Shown piece by piece: positions 1 through 7,102 of a stretch of 40,587 nucleotides of DNA (the first letter of the stretch is position 1; every line of letters begins with the position of its first letter). The stretch lies in the IMG/VR virus record IMGVR_UViG_3300020156_000015, positions 1 to 40,587 of that record. One strand, written 5' to 3'. Below the pieces are notes generated by a model that was not told the origin of the DNA, did no database searches, and saw nothing but the letters and a program-made list of their open reading frames with translations. The position numbers were made by a program, and so were the translations under genes. This DNA is from a virus.

Positions 1-127
1 CCACTCCATAGCGCAACAGCAAGGGCGGTTCTTCGGAGCCGCCCTTTTTCTTTGGGCAAGTGAGAGCCCCCGCCAGCCCTCAACGATCCCGTCGCGCGCC
101 TTCAACAAGCCCGTGACATCACCGCGC
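1..127. repeat. Terminal direct repeat, copy 1
   Basis: Bases 1-127 are identical to 40461-40587. Confidence 0.97.
23..53 (+). terminator. Intrinsic terminator (same element as 40483..40513)
   Basis: 9-bp stem GGGCGGTTC/GAGCCGCCC with a TTCG loop, followed by TTTTTCTTT. Confidence 0.8.
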
Positions 128-165
128 ACAGGAGGTGACCCCATGCGCAGACCCAGCCGGGGAGC

Positions 166-429
166 GTGCTCCCTACCTATTTCGATGTCACGAGGATTCG
201 GTACGTGAGCCCCGATGAGCGCGACCGCTTGGTCAGGGTCGAGGCCGGGTACGAGCACCTGGCGGGGAAGGTCGAGGGCATGGACAAGAAGCTGGATGAG
301 CTTCTCCAGGCCGCGGCGATGGGGCGGGGGGCGTGGTGGTTGCTCCTGAAGCTGGGCGGGCTCGCGGTGGCGTTCGTGACCGCCGCGGTGTGGGTTTGGG
401 ACCGCCTGCAGAAGTTCTTGGGCCATTAG
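166..429 (+). CDS. Small coiled-coil protein with C-terminal transmembrane helix (start GTG 166 or GTG 205)
   Basis: 87-aa ORF with GC-rich third codon positions. Hydrophobic C-terminus WWLLLKLGGLAVAFVTAAVWVW. The stop abuts the next ATG (TAGATG). Confidence 0.6.
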   Translation: MLPTYFDVTRIRYVSPDERDRLVRVEAGYEHLAGKVEGMDKKLDELLQAAAMGRGAWWLLLKLGGLAVAFVTAAVWVWDRLQKFLGH

Positions 430-1422
430 ATGCCCGCGAACAAGAAGCCTCCCCGCGAGAGGGTAGAGGCGGCGTTGCGGCTCGTGCGCGAGACCGGCAA
501 CGTGAGCAGGGCGGCCATCGTTCTGGGGATGCCCCGGCAATCGCTCCAGACATGGATCGCCAAGTACGGCCATTGGCTGGACGAGCCGCCACCGGAGCCA
601 AAGCGGGCGCCCCGCGTGGTGGTCACGGAGGAGCGACCACGGGTGCGTGTCGTCCCGGCCGGCAAGACGCTCCGGGTCCTGGCGATCGGCGACGCACACG
701 ACTCCCCCGGGCTGCCCAAAGACCGCTTCCACTGGATGGGCCGCCACGCTGCGGACAGCCGCCCGGATTGGGTGGTGCAGATCGGCGACTTCCTGACGCT
801 GGACAGCCTGAACAGCCACGACGGCAACCACACCCTCAACGGCCGGGCCAAGCCCGCCTATCTGGCGGACATGGCGTCGGGCAAGGAGGCGCTGGACGCG
901 TTCAACACCGCCCTACCGTCCGACTACGCACCGCGGCGGCACATCACCCTTGGGAACCACGAAGAGCGCATCTGGAAGTGGACCAACACCGCTCCAGAGA
1001 CGGCCGGGATGATGGAGCATGAGTTCACCTCGATCCTCGACAGCGCCGGCTGGAGTTGGGGCCGGTTCGGGGAATTCTTCTTCCTGGGCGGAGTGGGGTT
1101 TACCCATGCCCCGCTTAACAGGCTTGGAAAGCCCTACGGCGGGAAGAATTCTGAGCAGACGATTGCCAACGACGCCTGCTTCGACATCGTTTCCGGTCAT
1201 TCCCACATCGGCCGGCAGTGGCGGGCGCCGAAAATCGGCCCGTCGCAGCACGTCACAGTCCTGAACCTCGGCTGCGCCCTGCCGGACGGGCACGTTGAGG
1301 AATACGCCAGGATGAGCACGACCGGCTGGACCTATGGCGTCTATGACCTCGTGATCAGCGCGGGCCACATCGCCAGCGCGTCATTCGTCCCCATGGCCGA
1401 GCTGCAGCGCCGCTACGGCTGA
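430..1422 (+). CDS. HTH domain fused to a calcineurin-like metallophosphoesterase
   Basis: The N-terminus VSRAAIVLGMPRQSLQTWIAKYG looks like an HTH. Phosphoesterase motifs GDAHD, GDFLT, GNHE and GHSH occur in canonical order. Confidence 0.85.
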   Translation: MPANKKPPRERVEAALRLVRETGNVSRAAIVLGMPRQSLQTWIAKYGHWLDEPPPEPKRAPRVVVTEERPRVRVVPAGKTLRVLAIGDAHDSPGLPKDRFHWMGRHAADSRPDWVVQIGDFLTLDSLNSHDGNHTLNGRAKPAYLADMASGKEALDAFNTALPSDYAPRRHITLGNHEERIWKWTNTAPETAGMMEHEFTSILDSAGWSWGRFGEFFFLGGVGFTHAPLNRLGKPYGGKNSEQTIANDACFDIVSGHSHIGRQWRAPKIGPSQHVTVLNLGCALPDGHVEEYARMSTTGWTYGVYDLVISAGHIASASFVPMAELQRRYG

Positions 1423-1444
1423 CCCACCCACACCAAGGACCACC

Positions 1445-1615
1445 ATGACCGACCGTAAGGACGGCCGGCGCGTCTACACGTGCGCCGTAGCCGATCTCGT
1501 CATCCGGCGGGAGGGGGAGACAGTCAAGCTCCTCCACGGACCCGCCCTCTCGCTAGTCCTGCACATGACCGTAGACGAGGCGAAGCGGCTCGGCCGCGCG
1601 CTGCTGGAGGACTGA
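1445..1615 (+). CDS. Small hypothetical protein (56 aa, below the ORF-track cutoff)
   Basis: ATG at 1445, TGA at 1613-1615. Fills the gap between the phosphoesterase and endolysin genes. Third codon positions are GC-rich. Confidence 0.4.
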   Translation: MTDRKDGRRVYTCAVADLVIRREGETVKLLHGPALSLVLHMTVDEAKRLGRALLED

Positions 1616-1618
1616 CCC

Positions 1619-2071
1619 ATGGCCGTCACCACTGCGCTGCGGCTGCCCCGCGGCGTCCGCAACCACAACCCCGGCAACATCCGGCGCACCAAGACCGTGT
1701 GGCAGGGGCAGGCGGTAAAGCAGACCGATGACGAGTTCGTCTGCTTCGAGACCCCCACCATGGGTCTGCGGGCGCTGATGAAGGTGCTGCTCTCCTACTA
1801 CCGCACCCACGGGCTCAACACCGTGCGGAAGATCATCCAGCGGTACGCCCCGCCGAATGAGAACGACACCGAGATTTACATCAAGTCCACGGCCCACCGG
1901 CTTGGGGTGGACCCTGACGGGGCCATCAATCCGGCAACCCCTGACATGCTGGTCGCTTTGGCTAAGGCCATCTGCCGGCACGAGTGCGGGCCAGCTCCAC
2001 AGGGCCAACCGCTCAACTGGTATTCCGACGACACCTATGAGGAGGCGGCGCGTCTCGCGCTGGGGAAATGA
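1619..2071 (+). CDS. Putative endolysin / cell-wall hydrolase (NPGNIR-motif family)
   Basis: N-terminal RNHNPGNIRR motif, recalled from phage lysis/virion proteins. Lies immediately upstream of the holin and overlaps it (ATGA). Confidence 0.6.
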   Translation: MAVTTALRLPRGVRNHNPGNIRRTKTVWQGQAVKQTDDEFVCFETPTMGLRALMKVLLSYYRTHGLNTVRKIIQRYAPPNENDTEIYIKSTAHRLGVDPDGAINPATPDMLVALAKAICRHECGPAPQGQPLNWYSDDTYEEAARLALGK

Positions 2072-2472
2072 TGCTGCAGGCCCTTCTCCCGATCCTGGGC
2101 GGCGTCTTCGGCCAGGTCGCCAAGAGCATGTTCCCCGACCCGGCCGACGAGCTGAAGCGGCTGGAGATGCAGAACCAGTTACAGCTGGCGGTGCTGGCGC
2201 AGTCCGGAGCGATCGAGGCCGCGGCGGCGGACATCGTGAAGGCGGAGGCGCAGTCCGAGCATTGGCTGGCGGCCAACTGGCGCCCGGTGCTGATGCTCAC
2301 TTTCGGCGGGTTGATCGTCGCCCGGTGGTTCGGCTGGGCGGCGCCGAACCTGACGGAGGCCGAGTACATCAAGCTCTGGGACATCGTGCAGCTCGGTCTT
2401 GGCGGGTACGTCATCGGCCGGAGTGTCGAAAAGATCGCGCCCACCATGGCCGAGGCGCTGAAGAAGCGCTAA
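2068..2472 (+). CDS. Holin, GTA-type 3-TM holin family
   Basis: N-terminal TM segment, a coiled region (ELKRLEMQNQLQLAV), an AEAQSEHWLAANWRP motif, then two more TM segments. This layout matches the GTA_holin_3TM family. Confidence 0.75.
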   Translation: MMLQALLPILGGVFGQVAKSMFPDPADELKRLEMQNQLQLAVLAQSGAIEAAAADIVKAEAQSEHWLAANWRPVLMLTFGGLIVARWFGWAAPNLTEAEYIKLWDIVQLGLGGYVIGRSVEKIAPTMAEALKKR

Positions 2473-2481
2473 CTGAGGGCC

Positions 2482-2733
2482 ATGCGCCCCGAAGAAACCC
2501 TCTCCCAACTCAGGTACATCAACTGCGACGTATGGTTTACCTGCGGTAGCGCCCACTGCTGGCACGCTGTCTTCAAGACCTATGACGAGCTGATCGCCTC
2601 CTATGGAGAGACCTACGAGACCCACCGCCTCAAGGCCCGCATGAAATGCACCAGATGCGGTCATGTAGGGGCCACCATGTCTCTACAGTACCGGCAGGGT
2701 CCGGGGACAGGGTGGGGACGGTTGGGAGGCTAG
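2482..2733 (+). CDS. Cys/His-rich small protein (zinc-ribbon-like, KCTRCGHVG motif)
   Basis: 83-aa ORF directly after the holin. Carries C-x5-C-x4-CxH and CxxC motifs. Confidence 0.6.
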   Translation: MRPEETLSQLRYINCDVWFTCGSAHCWHAVFKTYDELIASYGETYETHRLKARMKCTRCGHVGATMSLQYRQGPGTGWGRLGG

Positions 2734-3068
2734 AGGGCCGGGTTTCCACCGGCTGCGGCTAGGCCAAGGGCTGCGCCTTCGTAACCATCACCTCTGCCGG
2801 CGGGGGCAGGGCTCGCGGGGCATCCGTCCGCGCCTACCATCTCCGGCCCCGCCTTGGCGACCGATGCCCGGTCCCTACGCGCTGCCGTCGCGCGATCTTT
2901 TGCTGTGGGCCGGGTTGGTTACCGGCTCCATCTCAATCCGGGGTCGAACCGGATGCGCCCTGATGGCCCCGGTAGCTTTTCGGGGCACGTCCTTCCGTGC
3001 GGCCACAGCCCTAAAAACCTAGCAGAATCAGCGGGAATCGTCTACTATTAGCTGGTCAAGGCGAGTGC

Positions 3069-3100
3069 GGGTCGCCCTTTGCGCCAGTGAGGGGCGACCC
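3069..3100. terminator. Hairpin 3 nt downstream of the minus-strand gene 3104..3286 (possible terminator)
   Basis: GGGTCGCCC / GGGCGACCC 9-bp stem with a 14-nt loop. The T-tract is weak. Confidence 0.35.
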
Positions 3101-3103
3101 ATT

Positions 3104-3286
3104 TCAAAGCGCCCTGCGCACGCTGACCGTCACCCGGTCATTCTTCTCCGCGGTCTTTGCCCACTCTTCCACGATGCCCTGTACTCCAGCCCCCACCTTA
3201 TCCGGGGGACAGGAGAAGCTCTGTGTCTGACTGCCCAGGTGCGCCCCGCCGCGCCAGCTCTCTACGATGAACTGCCAGTTTGCCAT
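3104..3286 (-). CDS. Small hypothetical protein (60 aa)
   Basis: Strong SD (GGAGGTGTCGG-ATG). Last gene of the minus-strand operon and followed by a hairpin. Confidence 0.55.
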   Translation of the reverse strand: MANWQFIVESWRGGAHLGSQTQSFSCPPDKVGAGVQGIVEEWAKTAEKNDRVTVSVRRAL

Positions 3287-3310
3287 CCGACACCTCCGGA
3301 GAGGTGAACG

Positions 3311-3625
3311 CTACTCCGGCCGCCTTGTCCTACAGCCCTCCATGCGGCAGCCCTCGGAGCGGTTCTGCTTGGCCGGCATGACCCGCAGCAGAGCCACACT
3401 GGCGCAGGTCTCAGGCGCCCACCCGTGGACCCAGCACATCTTCGCCGGCCACATGTGGTCGAGGTCGTAGCCGTGCTTCCGGCCCCTGAGCCCGTCCGGA
3501 TCAATCCACGCCCGGTACTCCCGGTAATTCCTCTCCGTAACCCTATCCACCTCCCTCCTATACTCATCATACGACTGCCCACATCCACATAGGACAAGGC
3601 AGAGCAGGAGGGAGAGGGGGCGCAT
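3311..3625 (-). CDS. Small putative lipoprotein with a His-Me finger (HNH/DUF1524-like) motif
   Basis: Start taken at the internal ATG 3625, which has SD AAAGGAA. Signal peptide MRPLSLLLCLVLCGC has a lipobox-like L-C-G-C. Motifs DLDHMWP ... NRSEG resemble an HNH-type nuclease core. Confidence 0.6.
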   Translation of the reverse strand: MRPLSLLLCLVLCGCGQSYDEYRREVDRVTERNYREYRAWIDPDGLRGRKHGYDLDHMWPAKMCWVHGWAPETCASVALLRVMPAKQNRSEGCRMEGCRTRRPE

Positions 3626-3638
3626 AATCGTTCCTTTT

Positions 3639-3968
3639 CTACAGCCGGGTCGTGAGGCCGTTAGCCTCCGAGGTGGCGTTGAACTTCTCGCGGACGGCTG
3701 CGGCAAGGTCGATGCCGGCGGTCATGGCGAGCAGGTCGGCGCAGATGATGACGTCGGCCAGCTCGGCTGCCAGGGCCTCCTTGGTCGCTCGCGACCCGCG
3801 CCAGCCGTGCCGCTCGCGCTCCAGCTTCTTGACGACGTTGCAGGCTTCGCCCGTCTCGCCCGCCAGCTCAGTGGCGCGGAACGACAGATCGGGCACGGCT
3901 CCGTTGTCGCACCACTCGTCCTGGCGGCGGGCGTTGGCATCGCGGAGGTCGGAGAGATTGACGGTCAT
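3639..3968 (-). CDS. mazG: MazG-like nucleoside triphosphate pyrophosphohydrolase
   Basis: Motifs ELAGETGEACNVVKK and LAAELADVIICADLLA are typical of the MazG/NTP-PPase fold. ATG 3968 has SD GAGGGG; the alternative start is GTG 3977. Confidence 0.8.
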   Translation of the reverse strand: MTVNLSDLRDANARRQDEWCDNGAVPDLSFRATELAGETGEACNVVKKLERERHGWRGSRATKEALAAELADVIICADLLAMTAGIDLAAAVREKFNATSEANGLTTRL

Positions 3969-4072
3969 CTGAAACACCCCTCAGTTTTCGGCCCCTACAA
4001 CTCGTCTCGGGCCTGGTTGAATAATCAGGATTGCAGGGGAGCCTTTTTCAGGCTGCCCCGGTGAGGCGCGGC

Positions 4073-4348
4073 CTAGCTGGGCCGTTCATCCTTGCTCGGA
4101 ATGGCCGTTGAGGTCATACGATCACCCCGCTGGTCATGGGGTGGGGCGGAGGACTCTGCGAGAGCGAGAATCGCGTCGGCGCGGTCGTAGTGGCCGCCAA
4201 AAAGCAGCTGCGCGTCGTTGGCCTCGCATGGCCCGTTCCAGCCGTTTGGCAGGACACATGGGGGCAGCCCAATAACCTGGCGCTCGCATCGGACAGAGCA
4301 CGACGCGCGTGCGGCGGCCTCGCGAAGGTCAGCCTTCTCGCCCCTCAT
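4073..4348 (-). CDS. Hypothetical protein (91 aa)
   Basis: ORF between the MazG operon and attP with plausible codon bias. No recognisable motif. Confidence 0.45.
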   Translation of the reverse strand: MRGEKADLREAAARASCSVRCERQVIGLPPCVLPNGWNGPCEANDAQLLFGGHYDRADAILALAESSAPPHDQRGDRMTSTAIPSKDERPS

Positions 4349-4367
4349 GAGAACACCCCGCGAACAG

Positions 4368-4389
4368 GACTGACGCGAGACTGACGCGA
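4368..4389 (+). repeat. Two tandem arm-type repeats GACTGACGCGA (attP P arm)
   Basis: Exact 11-mers at 4368-4378 and 4379-4389. The same 11-mer recurs on the other side of the core. Confidence 0.7.
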
Positions 4390-4474
4390 AACCCCCGGTT
4401 TCGGGCGCCGTGTTCTTCCGTTGTTCTCCGTGGTGTACCGTGGGAAATCAACGACTTGACCGTATGGCCATTGC

Positions 4475-4520
4475 GTTGACATCGTAGGGGTCACAGGTTC
4501 AATCCCTGTCGCGCCCACCA
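4475..4520 (+). other. attP core: 3' portion of a tRNA-Val(GAC) gene (anticodon loop to CCA end)
   Basis: GTTGACATCG (anticodon loop TTGACAT), GGGTC, T-arm ACAGG-TTCAATC-CCTGT, acceptor CGCGCCC-A-CCA. No matching 5' acceptor or D-arm lies upstream, so this is a fragment and not a gene. Confidence 0.75.
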
Positions 4521-4539
4521 TCCGAACCAAGGACTTAGG

Positions 4540-4578
4540 GGCTGACGCGCCAAGCGACTGACGCGACGACTGACGCGA
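4540..4578 (+). repeat. Three arm-type repeats (GGCTGACGCGC variant; GACTGACGCGA x2) (attP P' arm)
   Basis: Copies at 4540-4550 (variant), 4556-4566 and 4568-4578, in the same orientation as the P-arm copies and abutting the int stop codon. Confidence 0.7.
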
Positions 4579-4583
4579 AACGC

Positions 4584-5957
4584 TCATTTCGCACCTTCTG
4601 ATACAGAGACCAAAGCGGGAACGAAGCGACCCTTCACCAGCCGCTTGGAAGCGGTCTGCAGGGCGCTCACCTCGGCGCACCACTCGTCCACCGCGGCGGC
4701 GGCCTCGCGGCAATAGTCGGGGTCGTGTGGGCTGTAGATCATCGTCGTGCTGTGCTCGGTCACCACGAGGTGGGACAGGTAGATGCTGATCTGATCGCCC
4801 GGCACGCCCTTGCGCCGCATGTAGCGGGGCAGCGTGTGGCGGAAGCTGTAGGGGGTGATCCCCTCGGCCTCCGGATGGCAGATCATCGCCCGGCGGCGGC
4901 TCTCCGCGTCCCGCTCCGCGCGCGGCAGCCCGTCCAGGGGCGGCAGGCTTGCGAGCTGCTCCGGGGTCGCGGGGAACGCCCGGGCGCGCATCAGCGCCCA
5001 TGCCTTGCTGATCGACTTGACGGCCCGCGGCATCTTCGCCTTCTCGGCGTTGTCCCGGTTCCTGATCCGCCTGCCGCTCGGCGCCTTGACGAACGCCACG
5101 ACCGGGCCGATGGCAGGCCAGTCCGCCAGGTGCGCGTCCCATGTGCGACAGATCGGGATGATGCCTCTCCGCTTCTTTGTCTGCTTCCGGCCGGGCGGCA
5201 GAAGATTGCAGTATCCTTCGTCCCGCCGGCACATGCTGGCATTGAGGTCAAGTATAGCATCCGGGCGCGAGATAGTACACGCCAAAGAGACCAGGAAGCG
5301 CCACAAGTGGTCGGGCCCTTCCGCTGCAGCGTCGAACAAGCGCGCAGCTTCGCGAACACTGATCGGGCGCCCCTTTGGCTCTTTCGTGCGCTTGTCCTCT
5401 GCCGTCTCAACGTCTGGTATGAACGGCGCCTTGACTATGGTATTCTCTTTGTCGGCCAGCTTGAGCGCAGCGCGGCCGGAGCTGAGAACCTTGGAGATGT
5501 AGCCCGAGGACAGGGGCTTGGGACCATGGGACCGCTGCCCGTTGCCGGCGCTGGTCGTCTGCTCACCGAGCCACTTGATGAAGGCCTCGATCTTTTGGGG
5601 CGTCATGTCGGTCACCAGGGCGTCGCCCCAGTAGTCCGTCCAGAACCGCAGCTCGGCTTTCGCCTGCGTCTCGCTCGGCCCACCGCGGCGCACCTTCAGG
5701 AAGTAGTGGCGCAGGACGGTGGCGAGGGCGACTTCAGGGGCCGGGGGAAGGGGGGCTTCGTACTCTTCGGCCAGCCACTTCAGGAGGGCTACTTTCGCGT
5801 CCCCCAGATCGCCTGTGCCGAGTGTAAATCGGTCCACGCGGCCGGTGTCGGGGTTGTAGCGGGCGCGCTGGAGCTTGGCAGTGCCCGCGCGGCGGACGAT
5901 ATCCCACCCGCCCGCGCTGTAGAGCTTCTGGTCTTGATCCGCTTTTCTGGGCGGCAT
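4584..5957 (-). CDS. int: Tyrosine integrase (site-specific recombinase)
   Basis: 457 aa. Catalytic-type motifs RPDAILDL, YSFRHTLPRYM (HxxR) and LSH...TTMIY. Adjacent to the tRNA-derived attP. Confidence 0.95.
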   Translation of the reverse strand: MPPRKADQDQKLYSAGGWDIVRRAGTAKLQRARYNPDTGRVDRFTLGTGDLGDAKVALLKWLAEEYEAPLPPAPEVALATVLRHYFLKVRRGGPSETQAKAELRFWTDYWGDALVTDMTPQKIEAFIKWLGEQTTSAGNGQRSHGPKPLSSGYISKVLSSGRAALKLADKENTIVKAPFIPDVETAEDKRTKEPKGRPISVREAARLFDAAAEGPDHLWRFLVSLACTISRPDAILDLNASMCRRDEGYCNLLPPGRKQTKKRRGIIPICRTWDAHLADWPAIGPVVAFVKAPSGRRIRNRDNAEKAKMPRAVKSISKAWALMRARAFPATPEQLASLPPLDGLPRAERDAESRRRAMICHPEAEGITPYSFRHTLPRYMRRKGVPGDQISIYLSHLVVTEHSTTMIYSPHDPDYCREAAAAVDEWCAEVSALQTASKRLVKGRFVPALVSVSEGAK

Positions 5958-6145
5958 TGCTTGGTCCCTCGCTCCAGGTAGTCGAGAAGGTGTTCCTGAC
6001 GGTATCGCACCTTCCCGCGTCCGATGACGATGTAGGTGATCTGGTCGGCCCGACGCTCTCGCCCCAGCCGATCGGCCGACATGCCGAGGTACTCGGCGGC
6101 CTCCTCCTCGGTGTAGAGCTTGGGAAGGCCGATGACTTCGGTCAT
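5789..6145 (-). CDS. xis: Excisionase-type HTH DNA-binding protein
   Basis: Start at ATG 6145 with SD GGGGGAGAA and an ATGA overlap with the upstream gene. LYTEEEAAEYLGMSADRLGRERR looks like a MerR/Xis HTH. The C-terminal tail overlaps int by 169 nt. Confidence 0.7.
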   Translation of the reverse strand: MTEVIGLPKLYTEEEAAEYLGMSADRLGRERRADQITYIVIGRGKVRYRQEHLLDYLERGTKQCRPEKRIKTRSSTARAGGISSAARALPSSSAPATTPTPAAWTDLHSAQAIWGTRK

Positions 6146-6420
6146 TTCTCCCCCTTCTCCTCCAGGAGGGCGGCCAGCGGCAGATTGCGTATCGTCTGGG
6201 CGATTCTCAGATCGCGCTCGCACGCCGCTTTGTGCTTGAGGTCTTGTAGGAAGAGCGGCGCACTCTCGACCGCAAATGCAGCCCGCTCCCGCATCTCCCG
6301 TGCTCCCTCCTCTCGTGCTTCCCGGATGGCCTGGGCGATAGCCTCTCGATATTCGCCGCTTCCAGTGTTCTTCGTGTAGAGCATGCGGACGATCTCCCGT
6401 GCCTTATCCTCTGGTGTCAT
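6142..6420 (-). CDS. Hypothetical protein (92 aa)
   Basis: ORF in the leftward operon with 4-nt overlaps on both sides. Confidence 0.7.
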   Translation of the reverse strand: MTPEDKAREIVRMLYTKNTGSGEYREAIAQAIREAREEGAREMRERAAFAVESAPLFLQDLKHKAACERDLRIAQTIRNLPLAALLEEKGEK

Positions 6421-6692
6421 CGGGACGCCTCGCCGGATAGGGCGGCCATTGTTGAGCTTTGCATTGGGCGCCCCTGGCTGCCCGACTTTGCGTCCAGGTA
6501 GCCGTCCTCATAGGCGCGAATGGCCACGGTCCGGAGAGCCTGTTTCCGCTCCTTCTCCAGTTCTTCGATGTGGGAGAAAAGAGCGATGATGTCCCTAGCC
6601 GCTTGCAGGTGCGCCTTCATAATGTCGTTCAGTGTCTTGACGGGAAGAAAAGTTCTCCGCTTGAGTTCCGCCAGTTGCTCTGGTGTCATCAC
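6417..6692 (-). CDS. Hypothetical protein (91 aa)
   Basis: ORF in the leftward operon, translationally coupled to its neighbours. Confidence 0.7.
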   Translation of the reverse strand: MMTPEQLAELKRRTFLPVKTLNDIMKAHLQAARDIIALFSHIEELEKERKQALRTVAIRAYEDGYLDAKSGSQGRPMQSSTMAALSGEASR

Positions 6693-7102
6693 GGGGCCTC
6701 ATTGTGTGGGGAGGTGCCGTCCTCTTGTGTACTCGCCAACGCCAACCGCGTTGGCTCGGCATCCGGTGCTGCTTCGGGACCGGGCGGTGAAACTTCGTCA
6801 GCCGGCAGAGGTGCCCAGTGGGTAGGGTTTGCGACTTCTTCCCACTCGCTGCCGGCGCGGAACCACCAGTCGGGGATGTAGCAGTTCCCCTCGTCCTCGC
6901 TCCCATGATACGAGCCGCCCCATACCAGGACGTGAGGGCCGTCCGGCACCCGCCCAAGCCCCTCAGCGTGGGCGGCATAGGTGGTGATGCGCTTGCCCTT
7001 ATCGTCTTCCCAGAACGGATCGGCAGCGTGGCTGCAGAGGCCAATGATGGGGCGATCCTTCGGCGCCGTCTCGATCGGCTGCCACCTGATGAGGTCTTTC
7101 AT
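6689..7102 (-). CDS. DUF551-like phage protein
   Basis: Start at internal ATG 7102, 1 nt overlapping the upstream stop. WQPIETAPKD ... THWAPLP matches the DUF551 pattern. Confidence 0.7.
   Translation of the reverse strand: MKDLIRWQPIETAPKDRPIIGLCSHAADPFWEDDKGKRITTYAAHAEGLGRVPDGPHVLVWGGSYHGSEDEGNCYIPDWWFRAGSEWEEVANPTHWAPLPADEVSPPGPEAAPDAEPTRLALASTQEDGTSPHNEAP

Noticed and set aside
1-127. The terminal 127-bp repeats as attL/attR of an integrated prophage.
   Set aside because: The tRNA-derived core with arm-type repeats next to int is internal (about 4349-4583), and no host genes are present. The repeats therefore reflect circular closure or DTRs, not integration junctions.
2931-2960. A tRNA-like T-arm (TCCGG-GGTCGAA-CCGGA) suggesting a tRNA or tmRNA gene in the spacer.
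   Set aside because: The loop does not fit the TTCRANN register. There is no complementary acceptor 5' strand (GGGCGCA), D-arm or anticodon arm at the proper spacing. The nearby reading frame does not resemble a tmRNA tag.
2854-3051. A 65-aa plus-strand ORF, with neighbours 3065..3307 and 3267..3470, in the spacer region.
   Set aside because: They have no SD, non-ATG or weak starts and poor composition. The latter two overlap the better-supported minus-strand genes 3104..3286 and 3311..3625.
4345-5981. ORFs 4345..5232 (-) and 4725..5981 (+), overlapping the integrase gene and attP.
   Set aside because: They are alternative frames of the integrase locus with low-complexity R/P/G-rich translations. 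One would run through the tRNA-derived attP core and the arm repeats.
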